Below, in pieces: positions 28,502 to 38,060 of a stretch of DNA of 52,271 bases. The stretch comes from Thermoproteota archaeon. GTDB taxonomy: Archaea; Korarchaeota; Korarchaeia; Korarchaeales; Korarchaeaceae. The notes under the pieces were generated by a model. The model made no database searches, had not been told where the DNA came from, and saw only the letters and a program-made list of their open reading frames with translations. The position numbers and the translations under genes are program-made. Location of the stretch: assembly GCA_027491735.1 (NCBI GenBank), contig JAOZGP010000017.1:1-52271 (forward strand), given 5' to 3'. Position 1 is the stretch's first letter. Each line of letters starts with the position of its first letter.

Positions 28502-29275
28502 TTGGGGTTCCCTCCTGATCCCCAATGCCTCGTTTCACCAATCGTCAGAAGGGTTTATAACTGGTTCGGGGAGGTTCTGGAGAGATTTATGTTCCCTAAG
28601 ATAGCAGGAACGTTGGTAAGCGGAATAGATCATCCAGATAGGGTTGCTCTCGTCGTTTACCTACCATACTGCAATTACCGATGTCTATGGTGTCACAACT
28701 ATGAGCTTGTGCTTGGAAAATTTAGAGAGGTTCCTCTTGAGGACCTGAGATGGGAGCTCGAGAACAACATGTTCGTGGACATGATCGTGATAACGGGGGG
28801 AGAGCCAACCGTCTACGGTGATGGGCTCATCAGGCTGATCGAGTTCGTCAAGGAGGTAAGGCCGGACCTGCCCGTGAGAGTTGACACTAACGGATCGAGA
28901 CCTGATGTCATGGAGAAGACAGTCGATCTTGTTGATGGATTCGCTGTGGACGTTAAAGCCCCCCCTCAGAAGAAGCGACTCTACTCTAGGATAATAGGTA
29001 GGGAGTTTGATGAGGAGGCCCTCGTTAAGTCCATAAAAATAGCTTGCGATCTTCCGCTCACTCTCTTCAGGACTGTTCGCTACCCAATTCTGACAGATGA
29101 GGACTTTTCATTAATAAAGAAGTTTTTAAATGATATATGCCCGAGTAAGCCTTACTACGTCAACGAGTTCGTCTTTGTGAACTCACCTGCTGATTGGAGA
29201 GGCGGAACCAGTACTTACCTCCCCAAAAACCTCCAAGATCATACTTTCTATCCTGAAGGGTTTGAGAAGGGTTGA
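28502..29275 (+). CDS. nrdG: Anaerobic RNR activating radical SAM protein
   Basis: DHP, CNYRCLWCHN (CxxxCxxC), ITGGEPT, DTNGS, DVKA, FRT. Start is either TTG 28502 (after AGGAGGTG) or ATG 28589. Confidence 0.92.
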   Translation: MGFPPDPQCLVSPIVRRVYNWFGEVLERFMFPKIAGTLVSGIDHPDRVALVVYLPYCNYRCLWCHNYELVLGKFREVPLEDLRWELENNMFVDMIVITGGEPTVYGDGLIRLIEFVKEVRPDLPVRVDTNGSRPDVMEKTVDLVDGFAVDVKAPPQKKRLYSRIIGREFDEEALVKSIKIACDLPLTLFRTVRYPILTDEDFSLIKKFLNDICPSKPYYVNEFVFVNSPADWRGGTSTYLPKNLQDHTFYPEGFEKG

Positions 29276-30772
29276 CATCTTCAGGGCTTCATCCAGCTTG
29301 GACTCACTACTGCTGTATAACTCGAATAGAGGATCTCCCTCCTCCACTTTGTCTCCTCTCTTCGCCAGAAGCCTTATACCTGCTTTTTTATCGTTTGGAG
29401 CACCAGCCGTTCTAGCTATCCTCATCATAGCCCTGTTGGATACTGAGGTCACATAGCCAGAGGTGTTAGCCCTGACTATTGCCCTGTACTCCCCGATCTC
29501 TATCTCGTCTGCCTTCATCCTCCTGCCTCCCTGAGCCTCGACGATTTCCATGAACTTCTCATATGCCTTGCCTGACTCGAGCACGGAGAGCGCCATCTGA
29601 TATCCCTTACCTCGGGGGGCCACGCTTCCTATCTCGAGCAACAATCCCGCGAGGCCCACTGATTTCTCTACGAAGCTTCCGCTTCCTCTCTTTCCGCAGG
29701 ATTCCATGACCTCTAGGGCCTCCATGGCCTCTAGGGCGGGTCCTATACATCTCCCCACGGGTTGTCCTCCGTATGATATGGCTACATGTGTTCTGATCCC
29801 CAACCTCTCGGATATCTCCATGAACCTCCTGGCCATGGTCCTGGCAGTCTTCATGTCCTCCACCTTCGCCTCAGGACCTGTCGGTATATCTATAACCAGT
29901 TTTTTAGCCCCAACAGCGTATTTCTTGGACAGAACAGAGGCATAGATTAGGGGTTCAGGATCCACGCCCAGCGGGTACTCAACGCTCTCGATGAATGTGG
30001 CATCGACCGGTGAGAGATTGGCGGGATATCCCCATGTTATCACCCCCCCAACTCTCTTTGTTATCTTCACTATCTCATCCGGCCCTAAGTTAACTGGAGC
30101 GAGAACCTCCATCGTATCCACTGTACCGGAGGGGCTTGTTATGGCCCTTGTACTTGTCTTGGGTATTATAAGCCCTGAAGCAGCTACTATTGGAACTATC
30201 ACCAAGGAGTTCTTGCTGTTTCCTGGAACCCCTCCCACACTGTGTACATCAACGACGTCCATGTCACCGAAGTCCAACACGTTCCCCACACTCGCCATGC
30301 TCCTGGTGAGCCATTCTATTTCATCCATGTCCAGACCGTAGAAGTTTACCCCAAGAACAAAAGCCGTCAGCTCGACGGCGCTTAGAGCTCCACTGTAGAC
30401 GTCCTTGACTATGCGGTCTATCTCCTTCCGTCCAAGTTTAGCTCCAGATAGCTTTTTCTTTATTGAGTTAATTGACTCCCTCGGTTCCGAAGGCTCTACT
30501 GTGACCTTGCAGCCCTCAGATAAGTTGAGCTTTTTGGCCATATCGACAAAGACCGCCAGTTGGCCCTCGCTAATGAACGTGTCCGTTAGACTGACGAGAA
30601 CGATCTCACTTCTTCCTAAGAAGGAGATCTTAACCCTGTCATTTGAGACAATCCCTATTTTTCGGGCATCCGCTCGGTTCATGACCACTTTTGGCTCTCC
30701 GAGCTCCACTTCTATCAGATGAACCGATAAGTTCACAGGACTTAGTTCAACGGAAGCTATTAAAACATTCAT
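29183..30772 (-). CDS. AMP phosphorylase (thymidine phosphorylase family)
   Basis: N-terminal double-psi-barrel-like domain, IKKKL, DVHSVGGVPGN, IPKTSTRAITSPSGTVD, IDIPTG..AK, GGQPVG..IGPALEA, AGAP.DK.AG; likely start ATG 30772. Confidence 0.93.
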   Translation of the reverse strand: MNVLIASVELSPVNLSVHLIEVELGEPKVVMNRADARKIGIVSNDRVKISFLGRSEIVLVSLTDTFISEGQLAVFVDMAKKLNLSEGCKVTVEPSEPRESINSIKKKLSGAKLGRKEIDRIVKDVYSGALSAVELTAFVLGVNFYGLDMDEIEWLTRSMASVGNVLDFGDMDVVDVHSVGGVPGNSKNSLVIVPIVAASGLIIPKTSTRAITSPSGTVDTMEVLAPVNLGPDEIVKITKRVGGVITWGYPANLSPVDATFIESVEYPLGVDPEPLIYASVLSKKYAVGAKKLVIDIPTGPEAKVEDMKTARTMARRFMEISERLGIRTHVAISYGGQPVGRCIGPALEAMEALEVMESCGKRGSGSFVEKSVGLAGLLLEIGSVAPRGKGYQMALSVLESGKAYEKFMEIVEAQGGRRMKADEIEIGEYRAIVRANTSGYVTSVSNRAMMRIARTAGAPNDKKAGIRLLAKRGDKVEEGDPLFELYSSSESKLDEALKMSTLLKPFRIESMILEVFGEVSTGSASPISR

Positions 30773-30902
30773 AGACCTTGACGAGAGATTACCCATTTTA
30801 AAGAAGCAGAGAAATTCCTCCCTTACCGCCCTCCATCAGTTTTAAAACGTCAGAGCATACATGAATTTCAATGGAGGCTACAAAGACAGCAGTCTGCAAG
30901 CT

Positions 30903-31132
30903 CGTTCTGGTTAGCCGTAACTTTTGTAGGGTTTGTAAGCTTCGTTGTGGCTAACCCCCCCACCCTCCACTCCTTCGGGAGGGAATGGAGACTCCCACAC
31001 CTTCAGGGCCCTTAAAAGAAGGTTTTAGCTCCCAACAGCATCCCTGTCAGCCTCAAAACAACAGTTTTTGCATTTTAAGACCCTATGCCCGTTCGGGATT
31101 AATTTCCCCCCACATACCGGGGACAGAGGAAG
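30903..31132 (-). pseudogene. tnpB: tnpB 3' fragment with right end (probably IS607-type)
   Basis: Minus strand translates to PVCGGKLIPNGHRVLKCKNCCFEADRDAVGS*NLLLRALKVWESPFPP (Zn finger plus RuvC-III DRD..G..N). It is followed by the 13-bp stem GGTTAGCCACAAC/GTTACGGCTAACC and CAGAACG. Confidence 0.88.
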
Positions 31133-31213
31133 TATGTGCGAGATTCATAAAAATAATTCAAACTTTACGCTTTTTATAGTGGGAGAAGCTGATTCACTAG
31201 TTGGGGCAGTTCT

Positions 31214-32299
31214 ATGGAGAAAGCTCTGAAGAACTGGGCAAAAATCTCGTTAGATCTCGTGAAGGAGTCTGTCCGATCCAGTAGAGTCATAATGCTGTAC
31301 GATCATCTGCCTGGCGGGATAGTGTCAGCGGCGATAATCCGCGAGATCTTGGAGAGATGGGGAGTGGAAGTTAAGTCAATACCTGTGATGCCGGAGGAGA
31401 TCCTGCCTACTGTAGAGAGCAACCTGGATCAGAGAGCCTCATTGGTTTTAGTCGGAGTAGCTCCCACAGGCCCAGGACCCCTCTCTGTAGCTAGGGAGAT
31501 ATATTCCTCCGTCGTTCTCGTAGATGATTTCGTATCCAATCACCTCAACAGAAGCGATGTCATTCGGATAAAATCCAAATTTCCTCTCCCACTAGCCGCA
31601 TATCATCTAGGCCTAGAGGAGAGTGAGGAACTGGAGAACTTCTGTTGGCTGGTGGCCAGTGTGGTTCATGGAGGCCTGGCTGACAGTGCCGCCCAAGAAT
31701 CTGCTGTCAGATGGCCTTATCTATTCGCTGCAGAATATGGAGGGGATAGCTTCGCCAAAGTGGAGAAGAACCTCCTTCTCTCGACATTCGAGTATCCTTT
31801 AGGACCTTCGGTTGCTATGAGAGCAATTCTAGACAATTTTGATGATCCCACCTATTTTCTAGAAGGAGAAGGTCTTCTCTCCTCCTTGATAAGATCTTTA
31901 AAGCTTGAAGATCGTGGAGAGAGAATTTTCAAGGCACTTCAGTCTACTAACAGAAGAGAAAGGTTCCTTTTCTTGAGAACTGATACGGGATGGGAGAGAA
32001 GAGCTCTGGCCTATTTGTCCCAACTTGTGTGCATCAATCTCTCGATTGTGATCTCTGAGGAGAGACCTTTGACTTTCGTAACGGCATCTGCTGGGCAGGA
32101 CATCAATGTTCACGGGCTAATGTCCATGGCCTCCGAAGGGATAGAATCCTCTCTCTGTGGAAGGGAGAACTTCGTGGATGCGATTCTCAGAAGCGAAGAT
32201 TTAGAAATTCTCCTGGACAGAGTGGCCAGGATGCACCAAAAAGATTTTAGATTTTCCTCCCCAAGGAGAGATGATCTGGAGGGAGATGAACCGCCTTGA
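31214..32299 (+). CDS. DHH/RecJ-fold protein with degenerate catalytic motifs
   Basis: MLYDHLPGGIVSAAII matches motif I context (HxDxDGxxS), LVLVGV matches motif II, VLVDDF sits in the DHH position; DHHA1-like C-terminus. Confidence 0.6.
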   Translation: MEKALKNWAKISLDLVKESVRSSRVIMLYDHLPGGIVSAAIIREILERWGVEVKSIPVMPEEILPTVESNLDQRASLVLVGVAPTGPGPLSVAREIYSSVVLVDDFVSNHLNRSDVIRIKSKFPLPLAAYHLGLEESEELENFCWLVASVVHGGLADSAAQESAVRWPYLFAAEYGGDSFAKVEKNLLLSTFEYPLGPSVAMRAILDNFDDPTYFLEGEGLLSSLIRSLKLEDRGERIFKALQSTNRRERFLFLRTDTGWERRALAYLSQLVCINLSIVISEERPLTFVTASAGQDINVHGLMSMASEGIESSLCGRENFVDAILRSEDLEILLDRVARMHQKDFRFSSPRRDDLEGDEPP

Positions 32300-32625
32300 C
32301 GATAAGGGTGGCTGTCGCCACTGAAGATGGCAGGAAGGTTAAGGAGGGAGATTTCAACAGAGCCAAGTTCTTCGCTATATATGATGTCTCAGGTATGAGT
32401 CCCACGAAGGTTGAACTAAGGCTCAACACACGAAGGACAAGCGAAGATCCCGCCTCTCCGCTGGAGATTCTAAAGGATTGTGAGGTTATAGTATCCAAGC
32501 ATTTCAGAAAGGAGGTCAAGGAAGTAATAGAATCCATGGGTGTGATTACACATGAAACTAAGCATGATGATGTAATATCAGCTGTAACAGAATTCGCTGA
32601 GATGATATCTAAGCTCAAGAGATAA
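32296..32625 (+). CDS. NifB/NifX-family (dinitrogenase FeMo-cofactor biosynthesis-like) protein
   Basis: RVAVATEDG..V..DFNRAKFFAIYD..LKDCEVIV; TTGA coupling to the upstream gene. Confidence 0.8.
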   Translation: MTIRVAVATEDGRKVKEGDFNRAKFFAIYDVSGMSPTKVELRLNTRRTSEDPASPLEILKDCEVIVSKHFRKEVKEVIESMGVITHETKHDDVISAVTEFAEMISKLKR

Positions 32626-32635
32626 CCTGAAGTAT

Positions 32636-33325
32636 TCAGACCATAAGTAGGGCTGCCGCAACGGCTAATGGAACGATCACGTTGTCAAACCCTTTCAGAG
32701 GACCAATGCTCAAGGCCTCCGACACACACCCCACGATGCCGCCTATCAAGGACTTCCTCGCAACATCCCCTACTGGGAATCCCGAGAAGCTTAGTATCCA
32801 TAGTCCCACTGCTGCACCGAGAGCCCCAAATGTGAAGACAACTAAGCTCCCCTCTAAGGTCTTCTTAGAGAAAGGATATTCAGTTCTTCCTATTTTTCCT
32901 GCTATTATAGGTGCTAGTCCATCCCCCCAAGCCAGCACGAATGTTGATGCTACAATCACATCTTTTCTCGGCCAGAAAATCAGAAGAGCTAGTATGCACA
33001 GGATGTAGTACAGCGGACCATAGAGATGAGTCCTGTCCATGCCCTCAACAAGCATGGGAGCAGATAGAGAGCTATCCTTCTTGAACAAAAAGGCTATGGA
33101 CAGCAACATTATGAGGCCCACCGGTATGAGGGCGGGCCATATGGGAGATGACATCCATCCTATTGCTACTATCGAGTCCCCAGCCAGTAGATGTATCAAT
33201 TTTCTGGTGAGCATCGGGTCTCCTAGCCTCCTCCTGAGAAACTCCCCCATGAGTATTATAACGAACACCCAGAGATACACGACCACTATTAGGAGAATGT
33301 CCATGACGGTCGGCTGTGGCAGCAT
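32636..33325 (-). CDS. Phytol/dolichol (polyprenol) kinase family membrane protein
   Basis: TRKLIHL, GPLYY, LAWGDGLA..G, KKTLEGS, DNVIVP; likely start ATG 33325. Confidence 0.88.
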   Translation of the reverse strand: MLPQPTVMDILLIVVVYLWVFVIILMGEFLRRRLGDPMLTRKLIHLLAGDSIVAIGWMSSPIWPALIPVGLIMLLSIAFLFKKDSSLSAPMLVEGMDRTHLYGPLYYILCILALLIFWPRKDVIVASTFVLAWGDGLAPIIAGKIGRTEYPFSKKTLEGSLVVFTFGALGAAVGLWILSFSGFPVGDVARKSLIGGIVGCVSEALSIGPLKGFDNVIVPLAVAAALLMV

Positions 33326-33339
33326 CAAGCTGGGAACTA

Positions 33340-33356
33340 CAGTTATATAATAAACG
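33340..33356. promoter_or_regulatory. Shared bidirectional TATA element
   Basis: GTTATATAATAAAC centred in the 47-bp spacer between the divergent ATGs at 33325 and 33373. Confidence 0.55.
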
Positions 33357-33372
33357 TTTCCAAGTTCGACGG

Positions 33373-34119
33373 ATGACATCGGTAGTTTGGAAGCGTCGAG
33401 AGATCTTCTCGAAGCTCAATATCCCAGATGATTTTCCAGTGATCCTCCGATTGGATGGATGGAGATTTCACAGAATAGCTCACGAGCTCAGGCTTAAGAA
33501 GCCTTTTGATTCTGAGTTCATTCGAAAGGTTGTTAAATCCGCCAGGAAACCGATGGAGATTTTTCCCATAGAGCTGGCATTTGTGTTCTCAGATGAGATT
33601 TCGTACCTCCTACTCCCGCCCCTCCCATGGAATGGACGTTTGGAGAAATTAGACTCCGTAATCCCATCCTTGGTCTCCTCATCGCTCTCCCTTCTCCTCG
33701 GTACGGAGACAGCGTTCGATTCCAGGGTAATAGTTGTGCATAGCACAGACGAGGTGCTGGACTATCTATCGTGGAGGCAGATGGAGGCATGGAGGAACCA
33801 TGTGAACGCTTACGCTCAGATAGCAGCTGAGAGAGACGGTGTGGACATAACAGGTATGAGATCTGAGGAGCTTCACGACCTGGTCTTCAAAAGACTGGGA
33901 ATAAACCTCGCCAAGACCCCCTGCTGGCAGAGAAGAGGTGTTTTGATCTACTGGAAAGAGTACGAAAAAGAGGGCTTTGATCCAGTCTCCTGTAAAAAGG
34001 TTAAAGTAAAAAGAAGAAGATTAGAGGAGAACTGGGAGGTTCCTACTTTCTCATCTCCTCATGGAAGAGAGCTCCTTCACGGACTGATCAGGTTCACACA
34101 TCCAGGAACCTCTCCTTGA
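33373..34119 (+). CDS. thg1: tRNA(His) guanylyltransferase Thg1 family
   Basis: ILRLDGWRFH, KPFD, FSDEIS, GRLEKL, AFDSR, YLSWRQ..AWRN..N, GIN..TP.WQRRG. Confidence 0.93.
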   Translation: MTSVVWKRREIFSKLNIPDDFPVILRLDGWRFHRIAHELRLKKPFDSEFIRKVVKSARKPMEIFPIELAFVFSDEISYLLLPPLPWNGRLEKLDSVIPSLVSSSLSLLLGTETAFDSRVIVVHSTDEVLDYLSWRQMEAWRNHVNAYAQIAAERDGVDITGMRSEELHDLVFKRLGINLAKTPCWQRRGVLIYWKEYEKEGFDPVSCKKVKVKRRRLEENWEVPTFSSPHGRELLHGLIRFTHPGTSP

Positions 34120-35281
34120 CGAAGCTCCTTATCCTTTCTATACCTTCCTTTATCACCTCCTTGGATGTCGCAAAGGACATCCTCAGGTATCCCTCACCCT
34201 CCCTGCCGAAGAAGGTTCCCGGCAGCAAAGCCACCCCGACCTCCTCGAGCAATATATCGGCCAGCATTTTGGAGTCAATTCCAAGCTTCATCACGTTGGG
34301 AAATGCGTAGAACGTGGCTTGAGGTTTTATCATCCTGAATCCGGGTATGGAGTTTATGCCCTCATGTATTATGTCCCTCCTCTCCTGATATTCGCGGACC
34401 ATCTCTCTGACGCTGTCCCATGAGTTCTTTATGGCTTCTATGGCGGCATATTGAGCAAAGCTCACAGGACAGGAGGCCACGTTCAGTTGTATGTTTGCTA
34501 TCTTCTCGGCGATCTCCTTAGGAGCCACCACCCAACCCAATCTCCACCCGGTCATAGACCAGGACTTGCTGAAACCTCCTATGAGTATTGTGCGCTCCTT
34601 AGCTCCAGAGATTGAGAGAGCACTTTCGTGCTTCCTTCCATCGAAGATTATGTGTTCATATATCTCATCGGATATGACTATCAGGTCCTTTCTCCTGACA
34701 ACCTCGTAGATGTCTTCGAGGTCCTCTCTTGTGTACATACCCCCGGTCGGATTACAAGGTGTGTTTATCAGGATCACCCTTGTCTTATCTGAAACAGCTG
34801 ACGCTATCTCCTCTCCGCTGGGTGAGAAGTTCCTCTCCTCCCTGAGCTTTACTGTCTTGACCACTCCGCCGACAAACCTCGCTACACTCTCGTAAGCAGG
34901 ATAGGCAGGGCTCGGTATAATCACCTCTTCCCCAGAATTTACCAGAGCTAAAATAGCAGCGAAAATACCCATCTTGGCTCCCACTGTTATCACTACCTCA
35001 TCCGGATGAACATCCACATCTCTGCTCTCAGAGATGTACTCGGCTACCACCTCTCTCAACTCATGAATCCCAGCGGAAGGTGTGTATCCAGTTTTACCCT
35101 CATCTAAAGCCTTCTTGGCAGCTTCTCTTATATTCTGGGGGGTGGGAAAGTCGGGTTGCCCTATCTCAAAATGGAGCACGCTCCTCCCCTTTCTCTCCAG
35201 CTCTCTAGCCTTTGCCAGTATTACAAAAGCCCCCTCAGTTCCTAGACGGCTCATTCTGTTAGCTAACCTCAGAGTGATCAC
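34094..35281 (-). CDS. Aspartate aminotransferase family (PLP class I)
   Basis: EIGQPDF, YTPSAG, NTPCNPTG, SDEIY, GFSKSWSMTGWRLG, YLRMSF. Confidence 0.92.
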   Translation of the reverse strand: MITLRLANRMSRLGTEGAFVILAKARELERKGRSVLHFEIGQPDFPTPQNIREAAKKALDEGKTGYTPSAGIHELREVVAEYISESRDVDVHPDEVVITVGAKMGIFAAILALVNSGEEVIIPSPAYPAYESVARFVGGVVKTVKLREERNFSPSGEEIASAVSDKTRVILINTPCNPTGGMYTREDLEDIYEVVRRKDLIVISDEIYEHIIFDGRKHESALSISGAKERTILIGGFSKSWSMTGWRLGWVVAPKEIAEKIANIQLNVASCPVSFAQYAAIEAIKNSWDSVREMVREYQERRDIIHEGINSIPGFRMIKPQATFYAFPNVMKLGIDSKMLADILLEEVGVALLPGTFFGREGEGYLRMSFATSKEVIKEGIERIRSFVKERFLDV

Positions 35282-35318
35282 CTTTTTACTCAGCGAGGGA
35301 GGAATTTCAAAAAATTTC

Positions 35319-36317
35319 CTAAGATCCCGAGGATTTGCTGATCCTCCTGAGCACTAGAAGATAACATACAAACCCAAATATGAGCTCGTTAAGGAATACT
35401 GTCAAAGTTGATGATAATATGGTGACAGCTCCGGCCACAGTCTTATCTATCCCTACCAGGACGAGAAGACCCGTCATCGCCCACTCCCTCACTCCGGTGT
35501 TCCCTGGAATCCCCAGCGGGATTAGTATCATTATTATAGAGAAAGAGTATATGAAAGTTCCTAGAAATACATCGATATCTATTCCTAATGAATAGGAATA
35601 TATGAATATAGGGAGCATGTCGAAGATCCAGTTGGCGAAAGCGCAGAGAAGAGCTAAGATCAGAAGGTTCCTCCTCTGAAGAAGACGAAGGAATGTAGAA
35701 GTATAATCTCTAACATATCTTCTCATGTTGCTTAGATCCTTTTTCAGAGCCCTCTCAGCTAGATCTATTACCCTGAGCAGGTACTTCTCCGTCATGCTCA
35801 TCTTCACCAGCAAGGTCGCGCCGATTACAATGAGAAGAAGAGCTAGGAGAGCAGTACAAAGGCTTTGACCAATAAGGGCTGGCAGATAGGAGATCCCCAG
35901 CGCCACGCTTGTCAGGAAGGGAATCAGCATCACAACCCTGTGGGCTACTATCGTCGAAAGGACTTCTGAACCAGAGAGATCGCTTACCTTCCCTCCCATG
36001 TAGACTCGGAAGGCCTCTCCTGAGGTGGATCCCGTTGGAATGAGAAGGTTCATGAATAGGCTGGCGTAGCTTATCAGAAAAGCATCCAAAAAAGGGATCT
36101 TTCTCTCAGAAAGGATATACCAACCAAGGGAATAGAAGACGACACCGATATTTATTGATATAAATGATAGGGCTATCGGCAGCAGCCCTACCCTCTCCAT
36201 GTAGTGGCTCAACATCGAGATATTGAGTGTAGGGAGGAGTAGCAGGAGTATCACTATTCCCACAGCTAACAGGATAGCTGTTTGCTTTCTGCTTATGGTG
36301 GGAGGTTTTTCAGCCAT
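35319..36317 (-). CDS. Lysylphosphatidylglycerol-synthase TM / UPF0104 flippase-like membrane protein
   Basis: Multiple TM helices; NLLIPTG..GEA.R and IPLGIPG..GVRE motifs. Confidence 0.82.
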   Translation of the reverse strand: MAEKPPTISRKQTAILLAVGIVILLLLLPTLNISMLSHYMERVGLLPIALSFISINIGVVFYSLGWYILSERKIPFLDAFLISYASLFMNLLIPTGSTSGEAFRVYMGGKVSDLSGSEVLSTIVAHRVVMLIPFLTSVALGISYLPALIGQSLCTALLALLLIVIGATLLVKMSMTEKYLLRVIDLAERALKKDLSNMRRYVRDYTSTFLRLLQRRNLLILALLCAFANWIFDMLPIFIYSYSLGIDIDVFLGTFIYSFSIIMILIPLGIPGNTGVREWAMTGLLVLVGIDKTVAGAVTILSSTLTVFLNELIFGFVCYLLVLRRISKSSGS

Positions 36318-37221
36318 AATTCCACCTCTTAAGAAAGTCTATGACCTCGTCCCAGGAGGGAACTCCCTCCTGTGCCCCTATTTTTGTTATTTTCAGGGCA
36401 GCTACGGCGTTGGCGTGAACAAGAGATCTTTTCACATCATATCCTCTGAGCCTGGAGATCGAGTAGGCTGCTGCGAAGGCATCCCCTGCTCCCGTCGTGT
36501 CGAGAACCTCTACCTCGAAGGCCCGTTCCCTGAAGATTTTTCCTCCTGAACAGGCAATTGCTCCCCGACTTCCAAGTTTTATCACGACCTCCTCGGAGAA
36601 CTTAGAGAGAAGCCTGGCAGCCCTCACCGGATCTGATTCTCCGGTTATCAGTTGGGCCTCCTTCTGGTTGACGAACAGTCTTCTGACGTACCTCAGATGC
36701 TTCAGGACATCAGTCCCCATTTCATGTATTATCTTTATGCCGGGATCCCAGGATATCCCGGTGACTATCTGCAAGACCGCCTTAAAGGAGGTCCTCATCA
36801 CACTGGTGACGTGAATCAGATCGCAGGATTTTAGTAAACCCTCCTTCTTCCTGAGATTTTCCTCGTTAAGGAGGGCATTGGCTCCTCTAAAGGTTATCAT
36901 CCTCCTCTGAGCCCCCTTCTCATGAAGAATCAGAACGATCCCTGTGGGAAGATCGGCAGTCCTTATAAGCCCGTCCGTGTTGACGCCCGATCTCACCAGG
37001 GAGCTCAGGTAGATCTCACTTAGAACATCTTTGCCGAGAACTGCCACTATGTAGGCTTCTGCTCCCAGTTTCCTCGAGGCGACAGCAAAATTGGAGGCCG
37101 ATCCTCCAGCACCCATGTGAAAGCTCTCCGCGAACACGTCACCGTCGGGTTCTGGGATATGGGTCACAAAACACGTTACGTCCACGTTAGCATTCCCGAT
37201 GGCAACTATACGTGGTTTCAT
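36310..37221 (-). CDS. PfkB-family carbohydrate/nucleoside kinase
   Basis: GGSASNFA, DPG, VNQKEA, VIKLGSRG, DTTGAGDAF. Confidence 0.92.
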   Translation of the reverse strand: MKPRIVAIGNANVDVTCFVTHIPEPDGDVFAESFHMGAGGSASNFAVASRKLGAEAYIVAVLGKDVLSEIYLSSLVRSGVNTDGLIRTADLPTGIVLILHEKGAQRRMITFRGANALLNEENLRKKEGLLKSCDLIHVTSVMRTSFKAVLQIVTGISWDPGIKIIHEMGTDVLKHLRYVRRLFVNQKEAQLITGESDPVRAARLLSKFSEEVVIKLGSRGAIACSGGKIFRERAFEVEVLDTTGAGDAFAAAYSISRLRGYDVKRSLVHANAVAALKITKIGAQEGVPSWDEVIDFLKRWNYG

Positions 37222-38060
37222 GGTGAATCTCCCAGAAGAGAGGGATACAGGTGCTTCTTACCTCTTCTCTCCTTCAAATTGTCCCATTCATGGAGTATCC
37301 TTACAGCCTCATTGGCGACCTCTATGGCCTCCTTCTCGCCCCTGACCGAGAACTCATCGGTCACTCTCTGAGCGTAGACCGCGCAGATTGTGCCTGCCCT
37401 CAGGCCGAATAGATTGGCTAAGGTGAAGAGTGTCGCGGACTCCATCTCGAAGTTCACCACCTTGGCGGTCCTTAGGTCCTCAACTACACTCCTCATCCAG
37501 CTCTGAAAGTAACTGTTAAATCCCCTCCTTCCCTGACCTGTGTAAAAGCTATCTGTAGTTGCCGTTATTCCGACGTGGTAGCGATGACCAAGCTCCTCAG
37601 CTGCTTCTATAAGGGCCATGACCACCTCATAACTAGCGACAGCTGGATATTCTACTCTGACGTACTGTCTGCTCGTTCCATCAAGTCTTACAGCAGCCGT
37701 TGAAATCACTAGGTCTCCAACCTCGACCTCTGGCTGAATGGTGCCACAGCTGCCCACCCTTATGAATGTATCAACCCCGACTCTCGCGAGCTCCTCTACA
37801 GCTATGGCTGTTGCAGGACATCCTATGCCTGTTGAGACGGCCATCAGATCGACATCTTTATATCGTCCTGTGTGGACCACGTACTGCCTGTGCCTTGAGA
37901 CCTCCCTTCTCGAGTCCCACATGCTCGAGATCTTTGCCACTCTCTCGGGATCTCCGGGAAGGAGAGCATACCTGGCTGCGTCTCTTCGAGAGATACGAAC
38001 ATGATATTGAACTCCCCCAGCCATCTCAGGATTTTCAGCGCTGGAGAAGGATTCGGTCAT
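37218..38060 (-). CDS. udp: Uridine phosphorylase
   Basis: QYH, LLPGDPER, STGIGCP, IRVGSCG, DSFYTGQGR, NFEMESA. Confidence 0.92.
   Translation of the reverse strand: MTESFSSAENPEMAGGVQYHVRISRRDAARYALLPGDPERVAKISSMWDSRREVSRHRQYVVHTGRYKDVDLMAVSTGIGCPATAIAVEELARVGVDTFIRVGSCGTIQPEVEVGDLVISTAAVRLDGTSRQYVRVEYPAVASYEVVMALIEAAEELGHRYHVGITATTDSFYTGQGRRGFNSYFQSWMRSVVEDLRTAKVVNFEMESATLFTLANLFGLRAGTICAVYAQRVTDEFSVRGEKEAIEVANEAVRILHEWDNLKERRGKKHLYPSLLGDSP

Noticed and set aside
30926-30936. TGTAGGGTTTG shared between the IS hairpin loop and the flank at about 40650
   Set aside because: A single 11-mer match is expected by chance in 52 kb.
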